A stretch of 25,404 nucleotides of DNA from Terriglobales bacterium (GCA_035718705.1 DASTGW010000480.1:1-25404); one strand, 5' to 3'; counted from the first letter of the stretch, positions 1 through 8,406 are shown. Made by a program: numbers and translations. The notes: generated by a model from the sequence alone, not told the origin.

Positions 1-1
1 C

Positions 2-619
2 ACCGCGGCCTGGACCTGGAACATGTTTTTCCATTCTCCGAACCGGGAAGCGGTGATGCCGCTTGCTGCTCTTGGGGGGATTGGCGGGTTTATCGTCGCG
101 ATCGTGACGGTGTTCAAGAAGAACTGGGCTCCGATTACCGCGCCGATCTACGCGCTGCTCGAAGGGCTGATTCTCGGCAGTCTCTCCGCGTTATTCGAAC
201 TGCGGTTTCCGGGAATCGCGATACAGGCTGTCAGCCTCACCTTTGGCGTTATGATCGTAATGCTGCTGGCATATCGATCGCGCATCATTCCAGTGACGAA
301 CAAATTGCGGATGGGGATCGTAGCCGCGACGGGGGCTATTGCACTGCTTTATGTGACCCAGATGATCTTCGGCTTCTTCGGGCATACTTTTCTCAACAGT
401 GTGAACGGCTCTACGACGATCGGGATTGGTTTCAGCTTACTGGTGGTCGGAATCGCAGCGCTGAATTTCGTGCTCGACTTCGACTTCATCGAGCGCGGCG
501 CCCAGTTTGGAGCTCCGAAGTACATGGAGTGGTATGGCGCGTTCGGCCTCATGGTCACGCTGATCTGGCTCTACATGGAAATGTTGCGGCTGCTCTCCAA
601 GTTGCGCGACCGACGCTAA
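2..619 (+). CDS. Bax inhibitor-1/YccA family membrane protein (5'-partial; frame is open from the window edge)
   Basis: The frame of the 23..619 ORF is open back to position 2 (TAAWTWNMFF...). It has multiple hydrophobic segments and the C-terminus LDFDFIERG...APKYMEWYGAFGLMVTLIWLYMEMLRLL typical of this bacterial family. Confidence 0.85.
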   Translation, partial: TAAWTWNMFFHSPNREAVMPLAALGGIGGFIVAIVTVFKKNWAPITAPIYALLEGLILGSLSALFELRFPGIAIQAVSLTFGVMIVMLLAYRSRIIPVTNKLRMGIVAATGAIALLYVTQMIFGFFGHTFLNSVNGSTTIGIGFSLLVVGIAALNFVLDFDFIERGAQFGAPKYMEWYGAFGLMVTLIWLYMEMLRLLSKLRDRR

Positions 620-625
620 GTTCGA

Positions 626-1783
626 GTGAACCGGTTCGACGTCATCATCGTTGGCGCTGGAGCAGCTGGCCTGATGTGCGCCATCGAGGCAGGTAAACGG
701 GGACGGCGTGTAGTCGTCCTCGACCATGCAGAGCGCATCGGAAAAAAGATCCTTATCTCCGGCGGCGGACGATGCAATTTCACCAACATTCATTGCCGTC
801 CGGAGAACTTCCTCTCTCGCAATCCTCACTTCGCTAAGTCCGCGCTGGCGCGTTATACGCCCGAAGATTTCATCAAGCTGGTGCGGAAGCATCGAATTCC
901 TTATCACGAAAAAACGCTGGGACAGTTGTTCTGCGATCGCTCGGCGCAGGACATCCTCGACATGCTGGAAGAGGAATGTCGGGCGGCGAAGGTGGAAATC
1001 GTTTCGCGGACGAAGATCACGGGAGTTAGCAAACCGGAGCGGTTCGTGGTTGCAACCGCTGGTGAAGGGTATGAGGCGAAGTCGCTGGTCATCGCATCGG
1101 GTGGGCTGTCGATCCCGAAGATCGGAGCAACTTCGTTTGGATACGACGTTGCGCGACAATTCGGATTGAAGATGGTAGAACCGCGACCAGCGCTGGTGCC
1201 GCTGGTTCTGAATGCAGAAGATCGGAAACGCTGGTGCAGTTTGGCGGGCGTTGCGACCGAGATAATCGCGTCGGCGGATCACCAGCAGTTCCGCGAAAAG
1301 ATGCTGATTACGCATCGTGGGCTGAGTGGTCCGGCGATTCTGCAGATTTCGTCCTACTGGAGGCCGGGCGAGGCAATCACGATGGATCTTGCTCCGCAGC
1401 GCGAGTTGGCAACACTGCTGAAGTCAGGCAAGCGCGATGAATCCTCGCTGAAGGCTGCGCTACATACGGTGTTGCCGCATCGACTGGCAGATCGCTGGGC
1501 GGAGGTGAATGCGCCGGCGCGGTGGACGAATGCGGCGATCGACGATTTTGAGCGGCAACTGCATCACTGGAAGGTCGTGCCGGAAGGAAGCGAAGGCTAC
1601 GCGAAGGCGGAAGTCACCGCGGGTGGCGTCGATACCGACGAGCTTTCGGCGAAAACGATGGAGAGCCGCAAAGTTCCCGGGCTTTACTTCATAGGAGAAG
1701 TGGTGGACGTGACTGGGCACCTGGGCGGCTTCAACTTCCAGTGGGCATGGGCTTCGGGCTTTAGCGCGGGGCAGGCAGTGTAG
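626..1783 (+). CDS. HI0933/YhiN(BaiN)-family NAD(P)/FAD-dependent oxidoreductase
   Basis: N-terminal IIVGAGAAGLM Rossmann motif, GKKILISGGGRCNFTN, THRGLSGPAIL, and C-terminal AEVTAGGV...GLYFIGEVVDVTGHLGGFNFQWAWASG family motifs. GTG start. Confidence 0.92.
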   Translation: MNRFDVIIVGAGAAGLMCAIEAGKRGRRVVVLDHAERIGKKILISGGGRCNFTNIHCRPENFLSRNPHFAKSALARYTPEDFIKLVRKHRIPYHEKTLGQLFCDRSAQDILDMLEEECRAAKVEIVSRTKITGVSKPERFVVATAGEGYEAKSLVIASGGLSIPKIGATSFGYDVARQFGLKMVEPRPALVPLVLNAEDRKRWCSLAGVATEIIASADHQQFREKMLITHRGLSGPAILQISSYWRPGEAITMDLAPQRELATLLKSGKRDESSLKAALHTVLPHRLADRWAEVNAPARWTNAAIDDFERQLHHWKVVPEGSEGYAKAEVTAGGVDTDELSAKTMESRKVPGLYFIGEVVDVTGHLGGFNFQWAWASGFSAGQAV

Positions 1784-1868
1784 ATGAGTGCCCAGTATTC
1801 AGTGAAAAGCCGAGAACTCTAGCCGCTAGATAGAGGCCTGGCCTGTTCGCGATATCCTGTTAGAGACA

Positions 1869-3671
1869 ATGCCACCCATCATTAATGCACAGGGGATCTC
1901 GAAAGCGTTTGGCGCGACGACGCTGTTTCGGGAAGTTTCCTTCACTATTTCGGAAGGAGCCCGTATCGGGCTGATCGGTCCGAATGGTTCGGGCAAGTCC
2001 ACACTGCTGAAGATTCTGGGTGGGTCTATTACACCCGACTCGGGTGATGTCGCCGTCCGTAAGCGGACGCGCATGAGTTATCTGGCGCAGGAGTCGGAGT
2101 TTGAAGCGGGTGAGACGCCGCGCTCCGTGATGAAGCGAGCGCTGGTCGCAACGCAGGTTCCTGAATCCGAATGGGAGAGCCGCACAGCTGAAACGCTCGG
2201 GCGAGCGGGTTTTGAAGACTTCGAAGTGGATGCCTCTTCCCTCTCCGGCGGGTGGCGCAAGAGGCTGGCGATCGCCGAGGCACTGGTGACGTCGCCGGAC
2301 ATCCTGCTGCTGGACGAGCCAACAAACCATCTTGATCTGGCGGGGATCGAGTGGCTGGAAGAACTGCTCGCGCAATCGACGTTCGCTACGGTTGTGGTCA
2401 GTCACGACCGGTACTTCCTCGAAAACGTCGCGACGGAAATGGCGGAGCTGAACCGGGCTTACCCAGACGGGTTGCTCCGGGTGACGGGCAACTACAGCGA
2501 ATTTCTTGTCCGGAAAGAAGAGTTCCTGCTGGCGCAGGCAAAGCACCAGGAGGCGCTCGAGAATCGCGTGCACCGCGAGATTGAATGGCTACGTCGCGGT
2601 CCGAAAGCAAGGACCACAAAATCCAAAGCGCGGATCGAAAAAGCGAATGATTTGATCGGCGAACTAGCGGACCTGAACAGCCGCACGCGAACGGCGACGG
2701 CCGATATTGACTTTTCGGCGACAGACCGCAAAACCAAACGGCTCATTGAACTCGAGGGTCTGGCGTATGAAATCGGTGGACGAACGCTGTTTCGGAACCT
2801 GAACTTTACCGTTATGGCTGGAACTCGGGTTGGGCTGGTGGGTCCTAACGGTAGCGGTAAGACTACACTGCTGCGGCTGGTGAATGGCGAGCTGCGGCCG
2901 GACACGGGGACGATCAAGAAAGCGGAGGCGCTGCAGGTTGTCTATTTCGATCAGACACGGCAGCTCGATCCCGAAGTGACTCTGAAGCGGGCGCTAGCTC
3001 CGGACAGTGATTCGGTGGTTTATCAGGATCGGGTGATTCACGTGGCATCGTGGGCGGCACGGTTTCTGTTCACCGGTGAGCAGCTGAATCAGCCGGTGGG
3101 GAGGCTTTCTGGTGGGGAGCGGGCACGTGTGCTGATTGCCAAGCTGATGCTTCAACCTGCCGACGTGCTGCTGCTCGACGAACCGACGAACGATCTGGAT
3201 ATCCCGACGCTGGAAATCCTGGAAGAAAGCCTGCTTGAGTTTCGTGGTGCGCTGATCCTGGTGACGCACGACCGCTATCTGCTGGATCGCGTGTCGACGG
3301 TGGTTATCGGCCTGGACGGTAATGGCGGAGCTGGACAGTTTGCGGATTATTCGCAGTGGGAGGCATGGATTCGCGAAGGCCGGGACAGTGGGCTGCAAAA
3401 GAAAGAGAAGCCGGCGACGACAGTGTCCGTCAGCAACAACAGCACCAAGAAGAAGCTTTCTTACTTAGAGGCGCGCGAGTACGAAACCATCGAGGATCGC
3501 ATTGCAGAAGCAGAAGCTGCTCTCTCCACAAAGCGGCAACTCTTTGAGGATCCTGCGATTGCGAGTGATGCGACGAAGTTGCTGTCGGCACAAGCAGATC
3601 TTGAGGATGCACAAAGATTGGTGGATACCCTGATCTCGCGGTGGGCGGAATTATCCGAGAAAAAAGGTTAA
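1869..3671 (+). CDS. uup: ABC-F family ATPase, Uup-like
   Basis: Two ABC cassettes (GPNGSGKS/T, LSGG, LLLDEPTNH/DLD, SHDRY/THDRY), no TM segments, inter-ABC linker EIEWLRRGPKARTTKSKARI, and a C-terminal coiled-coil beginning KKLSYLEARE like the Uup CTD. Confidence 0.88.
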   Translation: MPPIINAQGISKAFGATTLFREVSFTISEGARIGLIGPNGSGKSTLLKILGGSITPDSGDVAVRKRTRMSYLAQESEFEAGETPRSVMKRALVATQVPESEWESRTAETLGRAGFEDFEVDASSLSGGWRKRLAIAEALVTSPDILLLDEPTNHLDLAGIEWLEELLAQSTFATVVVSHDRYFLENVATEMAELNRAYPDGLLRVTGNYSEFLVRKEEFLLAQAKHQEALENRVHREIEWLRRGPKARTTKSKARIEKANDLIGELADLNSRTRTATADIDFSATDRKTKRLIELEGLAYEIGGRTLFRNLNFTVMAGTRVGLVGPNGSGKTTLLRLVNGELRPDTGTIKKAEALQVVYFDQTRQLDPEVTLKRALAPDSDSVVYQDRVIHVASWAARFLFTGEQLNQPVGRLSGGERARVLIAKLMLQPADVLLLDEPTNDLDIPTLEILEESLLEFRGALILVTHDRYLLDRVSTVVIGLDGNGGAGQFADYSQWEAWIREGRDSGLQKKEKPATTVSVSNNSTKKKLSYLEAREYETIEDRIAEAEAALSTKRQLFEDPAIASDATKLLSAQADLEDAQRLVDTLISRWAELSEKKG

Positions 3672-3830
3672 CCCTTAAGCAGAAATTACCTACCTCGGAA
3701 GTTGTCTAAACCCCGCATTTTCATTGACCAGAACCGACGCAACTGTTCCCGCAAGGTTGGGTTCCAATTACTAGCAAGAACGCTCACGGCAAACACGAAA
3801 GTTAATAGAGCTGGGAGCAGGGGAGAGAAA

Positions 3831-4541
3831 ATGAAGTTCACCAAACGGCTGATGATGGTAGGAACTCTGGGAATCGCGGGTCTCATGGCCATCCCCGCTT
3901 CCGCCCAATGGAACCCATGGGGAAATAACAGCGGCTGGCATCGCGACCGAGATCATGATGGAGATCACGATAGGGATCGTGATTGGGATCGCGATCGAGA
4001 CCATGACCGTGACCGCGATCGTGACCGCGCTTCCTATGGATATGGCCAGGGCACTTACGGCTCCTATAGCGGATCGCAGAACTCTGCGTACCAACAGGGC
4101 GTTCGCGACGGGCAGTGGGACCGCCAGCATGGCCCGCAGCGCCGCTCGCGCAATTGGCGCAATAACGGTGATGCGCAGGCATATCGCCAGGGTTATAACG
4201 AAGGCTACAACTCCGGCTACGGTGGATACGGCAACAACAACGGTCGCTGGGGAACCTGGGGCAACCGCAACGGATATCCGAACGGCAGTTACGGTGGTTA
4301 TGGTAACAACTCTGGTGTCCAGCGCGCGCAACAGATGGGCTACCAGGATGGCTTGAATGAAGGCTCGAAGGATGCGCAGACGGGACACAGCTTCCGTCCG
4401 ACGGAGAGCCCGGCTTACAAGGATGCTGACCATGGCCAGAGCGTAAGTGGCATGAGCGGCAGCCAGTACAAGCAGATCTACCGCGACGCGTACATGCAAG
4501 GCTATCAGCGCGGCTACGGCAACCGTGGCTATCGCCGGTAA
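3831..4541 (+). CDS. Secreted low-complexity hypothetical protein with (Asp-Arg)n tract and YxxGYxxGY repeats
   Basis: ATG at 3831 follows a purine-rich RBS (GGGGAGAGAAA), so the ORF-track start at 3702 is too far upstream. Sec signal MKFTKRLMMVGTLGIAGLMAIPASA|Q. A terminator follows. Confidence 0.82.
   Translation: MKFTKRLMMVGTLGIAGLMAIPASAQWNPWGNNSGWHRDRDHDGDHDRDRDWDRDRDHDRDRDRDRASYGYGQGTYGSYSGSQNSAYQQGVRDGQWDRQHGPQRRSRNWRNNGDAQAYRQGYNEGYNSGYGGYGNNNGRWGTWGNRNGYPNGSYGGYGNNSGVQRAQQMGYQDGLNEGSKDAQTGHSFRPTESPAYKDADHGQSVSGMSGSQYKQIYRDAYMQGYQRGYGNRGYRR
3939..4028 (+). repeat. Coding dipeptide repeat (Asp-Arg/His)n, 30 codons
   Basis: Encodes HRDRDHDGDHDRDRDWDRDRDHDRDRDRDR with mixed synonymous codons (gac/gat; cgc/cga/cgt/agg). 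Confidence 0.9.
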
Positions 4542-4580
4542 ACGAACGAGGTTAAGAAGACGCAATCAGCAGTGCGTCAG

Positions 4581-4615
4581 AATGAGCAGGCGGCCTTCGG
4601 GCCGCCTTTCTCATT
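4581..4615. terminator. Hairpin between convergent genes, probable bidirectional intrinsic terminator
   Basis: AGGCGGCC-TTCG-GGCCGCCT perfect 8-bp stem with a C(UUCG)G loop, extended by AATGAG/CTCATT. Followed by TTTC on +. Confidence 0.78.
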
Positions 4616-4621
4616 GGTGGA

Positions 4622-4960
4622 TCAGTTCCGGTCGAGGTCACCGAGATACGACACGATAACTCGCGCGTCGGCGGGCGTGGCGTGCACGTTCGGCATCATC
4701 ATGAAACCCGTATTCAATGGCATGTTATTGCGGTCGCGATAGACCGAAGGCGGATCAGTGATAAAACGTTCGAGAAAGGCGCGATCATATTTCCGAGCTA
4801 CATGAGTAAGGTTCGGTCCAGCGCCGCTGAAGTGACAGGTATTGCACTCCAGGCGCATGAAGGCTCGCTCCCCGCGACGAACAGCGGAGGTTTGTTGGAC
4901 CGCGCTGATCGTTGCAGCAAGAGCCAATATGCCGAGGGCGAGTATGAGCCGGAGCTTCAC
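4622..4960 (-). CDS. Small secreted monoheme class I cytochrome c
   Basis: Signal peptide MKLRLILALGILALAATISA, heme motif CNTCH, then GPNL, and a distal MMMP candidate Met ligand. GTG start. Confidence 0.85.
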   Translation of the reverse strand: MKLRLILALGILALAATISAVQQTSAVRRGERAFMRLECNTCHFSGAGPNLTHVARKYDRAFLERFITDPPSVYRDRNNMPLNTGFMMMPNVHATPADARVIVSYLGDLDRN

Positions 4961-5030
4961 TCCCTTTAGTATGCGGAAGGCGGTGCCGAGCGGTTTAGGT
5001 CATGCATCACATTCGGCGGTTCATGCAAAC

Positions 5031-5057
5031 AAAAAAGCCCGGCCGATTCGACCGGGC
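5031..5057 (-). terminator. Rho-independent terminator of the 5075..6910 gene
   Basis: Minus strand reads GCCCGGTCG-AAT-CGGCCGGGC followed by TTTTTT, just past the stop codon. Confidence 0.82.
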
Positions 5058-5074
5058 AGCTGAGTGCGTCGAAG

Positions 5075-6910
5075 CTAATTGATCGTGAGCGTGGCATTCG
5101 TGGAGCGCACGAACGTTCCGCTCTGCGCGTTAATCGTGAAGGCATATGTTCCCGCCTGGCTCGGCAGAGTGGCTGAACCGTCGCTCGTAAAGGATGAGGA
5201 TGAGGAGTTAGACGATTTCGAGACTCCTCCGCCGCAGCCTGTAGCCACCAATGCAAGAGCGAGGATCGCAAGCAGTGCAGTTGCGGCCCAGAACTTGCGC
5301 GAGCGTTTGCGATCGCCGAAGACGAACATTCCGAAGGTAAGGCCGGGGAACCACATCGCGAAAGACCCGTGTCCGCTGAAGAGGCTCGCCGTCGTTCCGC
5401 TGTTGGCGGAAATGGTGAGTTTGGCAGTCAGCTTCTTCGTTCCAGGAACCACGACAGGCTGGTCAAACGTGCAGGTGACGCCAGCTGGAAGACTGCCGCA
5501 TCCGAGAGTCACGGGAACGTCGAAGTTGCCGCTGGGTGTGATAGTGACCGAGGTGGAAACGGAGCTACCGGGATCGACGGAAATCTTCGTGGGCGTCGCT
5601 GCGAGGTTCAAATCAGCGTTGCTCGGGACTGAGGGGCTCTTCCCGTCCGAGGTGTAACCGATCGCACCGGACATGTGGTTTTTGATCGAAGGCTGTCCTA
5701 CGGCCTTCACATAGACGGTATAAGCACCTGATGCGAAGCCAAAAGCGGCCAGGTCAACGGAGTGGGTTCCTGCCGGAAGATCAACGACCGGCTGCAGGTT
5801 CTGTCCATCGGTAGAGATGAAGACCGTGTAGTGATGAACGGTGTTCTCGTTGCCGCTGATATTCCAGGAGAGAACGCTACCCGACGCGGAGCCTTTGACC
5901 GAGACGCAGTTCTCAATGCCCATCTCGATGGCGGTGCCTTCTTCGTAGTCGTTCCAAGTGACAAGTTGCAACGCTTCGAGTTGTTTCTTGCTGGTGTAAT
6001 GACGGGCGATTTCGTTAAAGGTTTGGAGCCAAGTTTGCCCGCAGTTCTGGTTGATGACGCGGTTGGCGCTCCAGCCGGACATCGTATCGTTAAAGCCTTT
6101 CTTCACGGAGCCGACAGTGTGCTTCCCACTTTTCTGGCCGAGGTTGTAGAAGTCCAGCAAATAGCCCTGTCCCCAATCGTTGCGATCTCCAAAAGGACCG
6201 ATCCAGCTGTAGGCTCCGTCGGCATAGTTTCGACCGAAGGAGTTGGAGTTCTCGAAGATAAAGAGCGGATTTCCGGGGACGTGGTTGCGAACTGCTTTCC
6301 AATCGATGGCAAGGTCTTCCACGCCGAAGAAGAAGACCACCGGACGTTTGTTCATCTTCATGTAATTCGAAGCACTCATGAACTTTTGCTGAGCATAAAT
6401 TAAGTCGGCGATGAGTTCTGAGGTCTGGTTGCCTTTCTTGAGCGCGCCCGCATCTTCCATGATGGCGAACTTGAAGCCGGAGTGTTTTTGCGATTCGTTG
6501 AACATCGCGATCGTGCTCTGGTCTTCATGAGCGAAATTGCGGCCATACCAATCGACGATCACGCCCTGAATGCCGCGGCTGATCATGTCGTTAACCTGGC
6601 GGGCGGACTGGTTGGGATCGGCGGTGTCGTAGCCGATGTCCATGTGCGAAGAGGTGCCGAACCAGGGCATATAGTGCGCGTACAAGGCCGTGGTAGAACC
6701 GGGATACATAAGAGAGCGGGTGTCGACTTTGCTGACATTACTGGCGCCGGCGTTGCCGTTGCTTTGGGCGCGGAACGAATCGGCAGTGCTGGTGTTGTTG
6801 CCAGTCTCTGCCGCCACGGTCGTGGTGGGCCGTACTGATTGGGAAGCGAATCCGTTTACCGATATCGAGAGGAAGAAGGCGACTACGGTGAAAAGTCCGG
6901 TCTTTCGCAT
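5075..6910 (-). CDS. Secreted GH99/GH71-like glycoside hydrolase with Ig/Fn3-like domains and a C-terminal TM-lipobox region
   Basis: GAGGT RBS 6 nt before ATG 6910, followed by a signal peptide. LYAHYMPWFG, GIQGVIVDWYG and TWNDYEEGTAIE resemble GH99/GH71 barrel motifs. Beta-rich C-terminal domains, and two hydrophobic segments ending LVATGC. Confidence 0.72.
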   Translation of the reverse strand: MRKTGLFTVVAFFLSISVNGFASQSVRPTTTVAAETGNNTSTADSFRAQSNGNAGASNVSKVDTRSLMYPGSTTALYAHYMPWFGTSSHMDIGYDTADPNQSARQVNDMISRGIQGVIVDWYGRNFAHEDQSTIAMFNESQKHSGFKFAIMEDAGALKKGNQTSELIADLIYAQQKFMSASNYMKMNKRPVVFFFGVEDLAIDWKAVRNHVPGNPLFIFENSNSFGRNYADGAYSWIGPFGDRNDWGQGYLLDFYNLGQKSGKHTVGSVKKGFNDTMSGWSANRVINQNCGQTWLQTFNEIARHYTSKKQLEALQLVTWNDYEEGTAIEMGIENCVSVKGSASGSVLSWNISGNENTVHHYTVFISTDGQNLQPVVDLPAGTHSVDLAAFGFASGAYTVYVKAVGQPSIKNHMSGAIGYTSDGKSPSVPSNADLNLAATPTKISVDPGSSVSTSVTITPSGNFDVPVTLGCGSLPAGVTCTFDQPVVVPGTKKLTAKLTISANSGTTASLFSGHGSFAMWFPGLTFGMFVFGDRKRSRKFWAATALLAILALALVATGCGGGVSKSSNSSSSSFTSDGSATLPSQAGTYAFTINAQSGTFVRSTNATLTIN

Positions 6911-7363
6911 GCGCACACCTCAAAACGGGGAATCTGGGGCTGTGCTCGCGAAACGGAGTTGCCGGAACCGGTCAGACCGCTCTACGAGCATCAACGGAGC
7001 GATTCTGGCCTGAGCTGCTGCTGGAGCCTATTAACCGAAGGCACTAAGGGGTCTAGTTTCTTCACCCTAGTCACATTTCAGTTTCTTAAGGGAGGTAAGT
7101 TTCTGGATGTTAGTAACTCTCATGGAATGAATTGTTTGAGGGACAGTAGAAAAACTGAGCCGAGGATCAACTCTGGATTATTGTGTGGAAATGGGTTACG
7201 AGAGATGGGCCCAACGAGGACTACGTGAGGGGGTTAAATCAGAGTAGCTGAACAACGTGAACGGTTAATTCTGCGTCCAACGGATTACACGCACAAGTCG
7301 TAGCTTCGGGAAAGCCGGAATCGGCCCTGAAGGAGCAGTATTACAATAAAAGGGGTATTCGGG

Positions 7364-7648
7364 ATGTCCTCATCCAAAGCTTCTATGGCCACTGAAAAAT
7401 CTCCTGCAGATAAGACGCCCGCCGAGATCAACTCGGAACTCCGTACTCTTGCCCACGACTTGAGCAACTCCATTGAGACGATCATGCAGGCGACGTACCT
7501 GCTGGCCCAAGCTCAAATGGATGACAACGGAAAGAAGTGGCTGGAGTTGATCGACAAGGCGTCGCGGGACGCTGCCCGAATTAATCGGGATATCCGGGAA
7601 CATCTGCGAGCACAAACCGCGCAGATGGGTCAGTCCGCCAAGAGCTAA
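7364..7648 (+). CDS. Stand-alone HisKA/DHp-like small protein (no ATPase domain)
   Basis: H-box-like LRTLAHDLSNSIETI followed by a second amphipathic helix (WLELIDKASRDAARINRDIREHL). AGGGG RBS-like sequence upstream. Alternative start at 7385. Confidence 0.7.
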   Translation: MSSSKASMATEKSPADKTPAEINSELRTLAHDLSNSIETIMQATYLLAQAQMDDNGKKWLELIDKASRDAARINRDIREHLRAQTAQMGQSAKS

Positions 7649-8406
7649 GCGGTCTTCTTCATTTCCGGAGTACGAACTCCTCGCAGGAAGTCCTGTGCGG
7701 CGTGATAGCCGGGAAGTGTTCCCACGTCCATGTAGACCTCGCCAACATGGGTAGCGCGGACGATATTGCCCGCGTCGATAAAAGCATTCAGCAGATGTCC
7801 TAGATACTCGTCTTCCCGATGCCGCGAGTTCCAGAGCAACTTAAGTGAATGGAACGCAGGGCCAGTGGTGGTAACCGCACCCCAGATCCAATGCGACCGC
7901 GCCTTGGCAAGCTTTACTTCGACGCGTTGGACATATCCATGGTCGTCGGAAACCACTGCGTCAAAGGCAGAAGGATCGGTGACAGGAAAGCAGACAAGGT
8001 TGACGTCGGAACTGCGGTCCTTCTCCAGCGCCAGGCGGTAGGCGTTTTCCGGAAACCAAATCGTGTCCGGCAGCCCGATCAGGACGTGATCGTGGTTGCG
8101 GACAAAGGGTTCGGCGCGGAAAAGGGCGTCACAGAGTCCGCGAGGCTGCTGCTGGACCACATAGAAGATCTCAGCCGCAAAATCGCGCTCTGCGAAATAC
8201 TTCACAATGTCTGTCTTCTCCCCGGAAATGACCATGCAGATCTCTGTCGCCCCGGCCGCAATCATGCGTTCTACCAGATATTCTGTAACGGCCTTCGGGC
8301 GTTCGACACCATCGATGACTCGTGAGCCGACCGGTAGCAGTTCTTTCGAACATCCGAGCGGTTGAATTCTTTGTCCAGCGCCGGCGGCGGGAATGATTCC
8401 GATCAT
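7645..8406 (-). CDS. Sugar-phosphate nucleotidyltransferase (RmlA/glucose-1-P thymidylyltransferase-like)
   Basis: GIIPAAGAGQRIQPLGCSKELLPVG signature, QQQPRGLCDA, GLPDTIW, and C-terminal YMDVGT. ATGA overlap with the upstream gene. Confidence 0.85.
   Translation of the reverse strand: MIGIIPAAGAGQRIQPLGCSKELLPVGSRVIDGVERPKAVTEYLVERMIAAGATEICMVISGEKTDIVKYFAERDFAAEIFYVVQQQPRGLCDALFRAEPFVRNHDHVLIGLPDTIWFPENAYRLALEKDRSSDVNLVCFPVTDPSAFDAVVSDDHGYVQRVEVKLAKARSHWIWGAVTTTGPAFHSLKLLWNSRHREDEYLGHLLNAFIDAGNIVRATHVGEVYMDVGTLPGYHAAQDFLRGVRTPEMKKTA

Noticed and set aside
437-1315. 292-aa antisense ORF, and similar long ones at 1860-2573, 5762-6403, 20627-21307 and 23776-24570
   Set aside because: These are shadow ORFs opposite well-supported genes. 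They have no motifs and are expected from GC-rich codon bias.
1819-1834. CTAG pair at 7-nt spacing in the intergenic region before uup
   Set aside because: Only two units and no extended structure; compatible with chance.
3939-4028. Tandem repeat as a possible CRISPR or VNTR
   Set aside because: There are no spacers. It is a degenerate coding dipeptide repeat.
3771-4565. 264-aa hydrophobic antisense ORF with an (I/V-A/T) repeat that looks like a membrane protein
   Set aside because: It is the reverse complement of the DR/GY-rich gene. The + gene has the RBS, signal peptide and terminator.
7260-7330. Possible c-di-GMP-I riboswitch (GGACGCA on the minus strand)
   Set aside because: It lacks the GGCAAA/GAAA-tetraloop P2 and the receptor elements.
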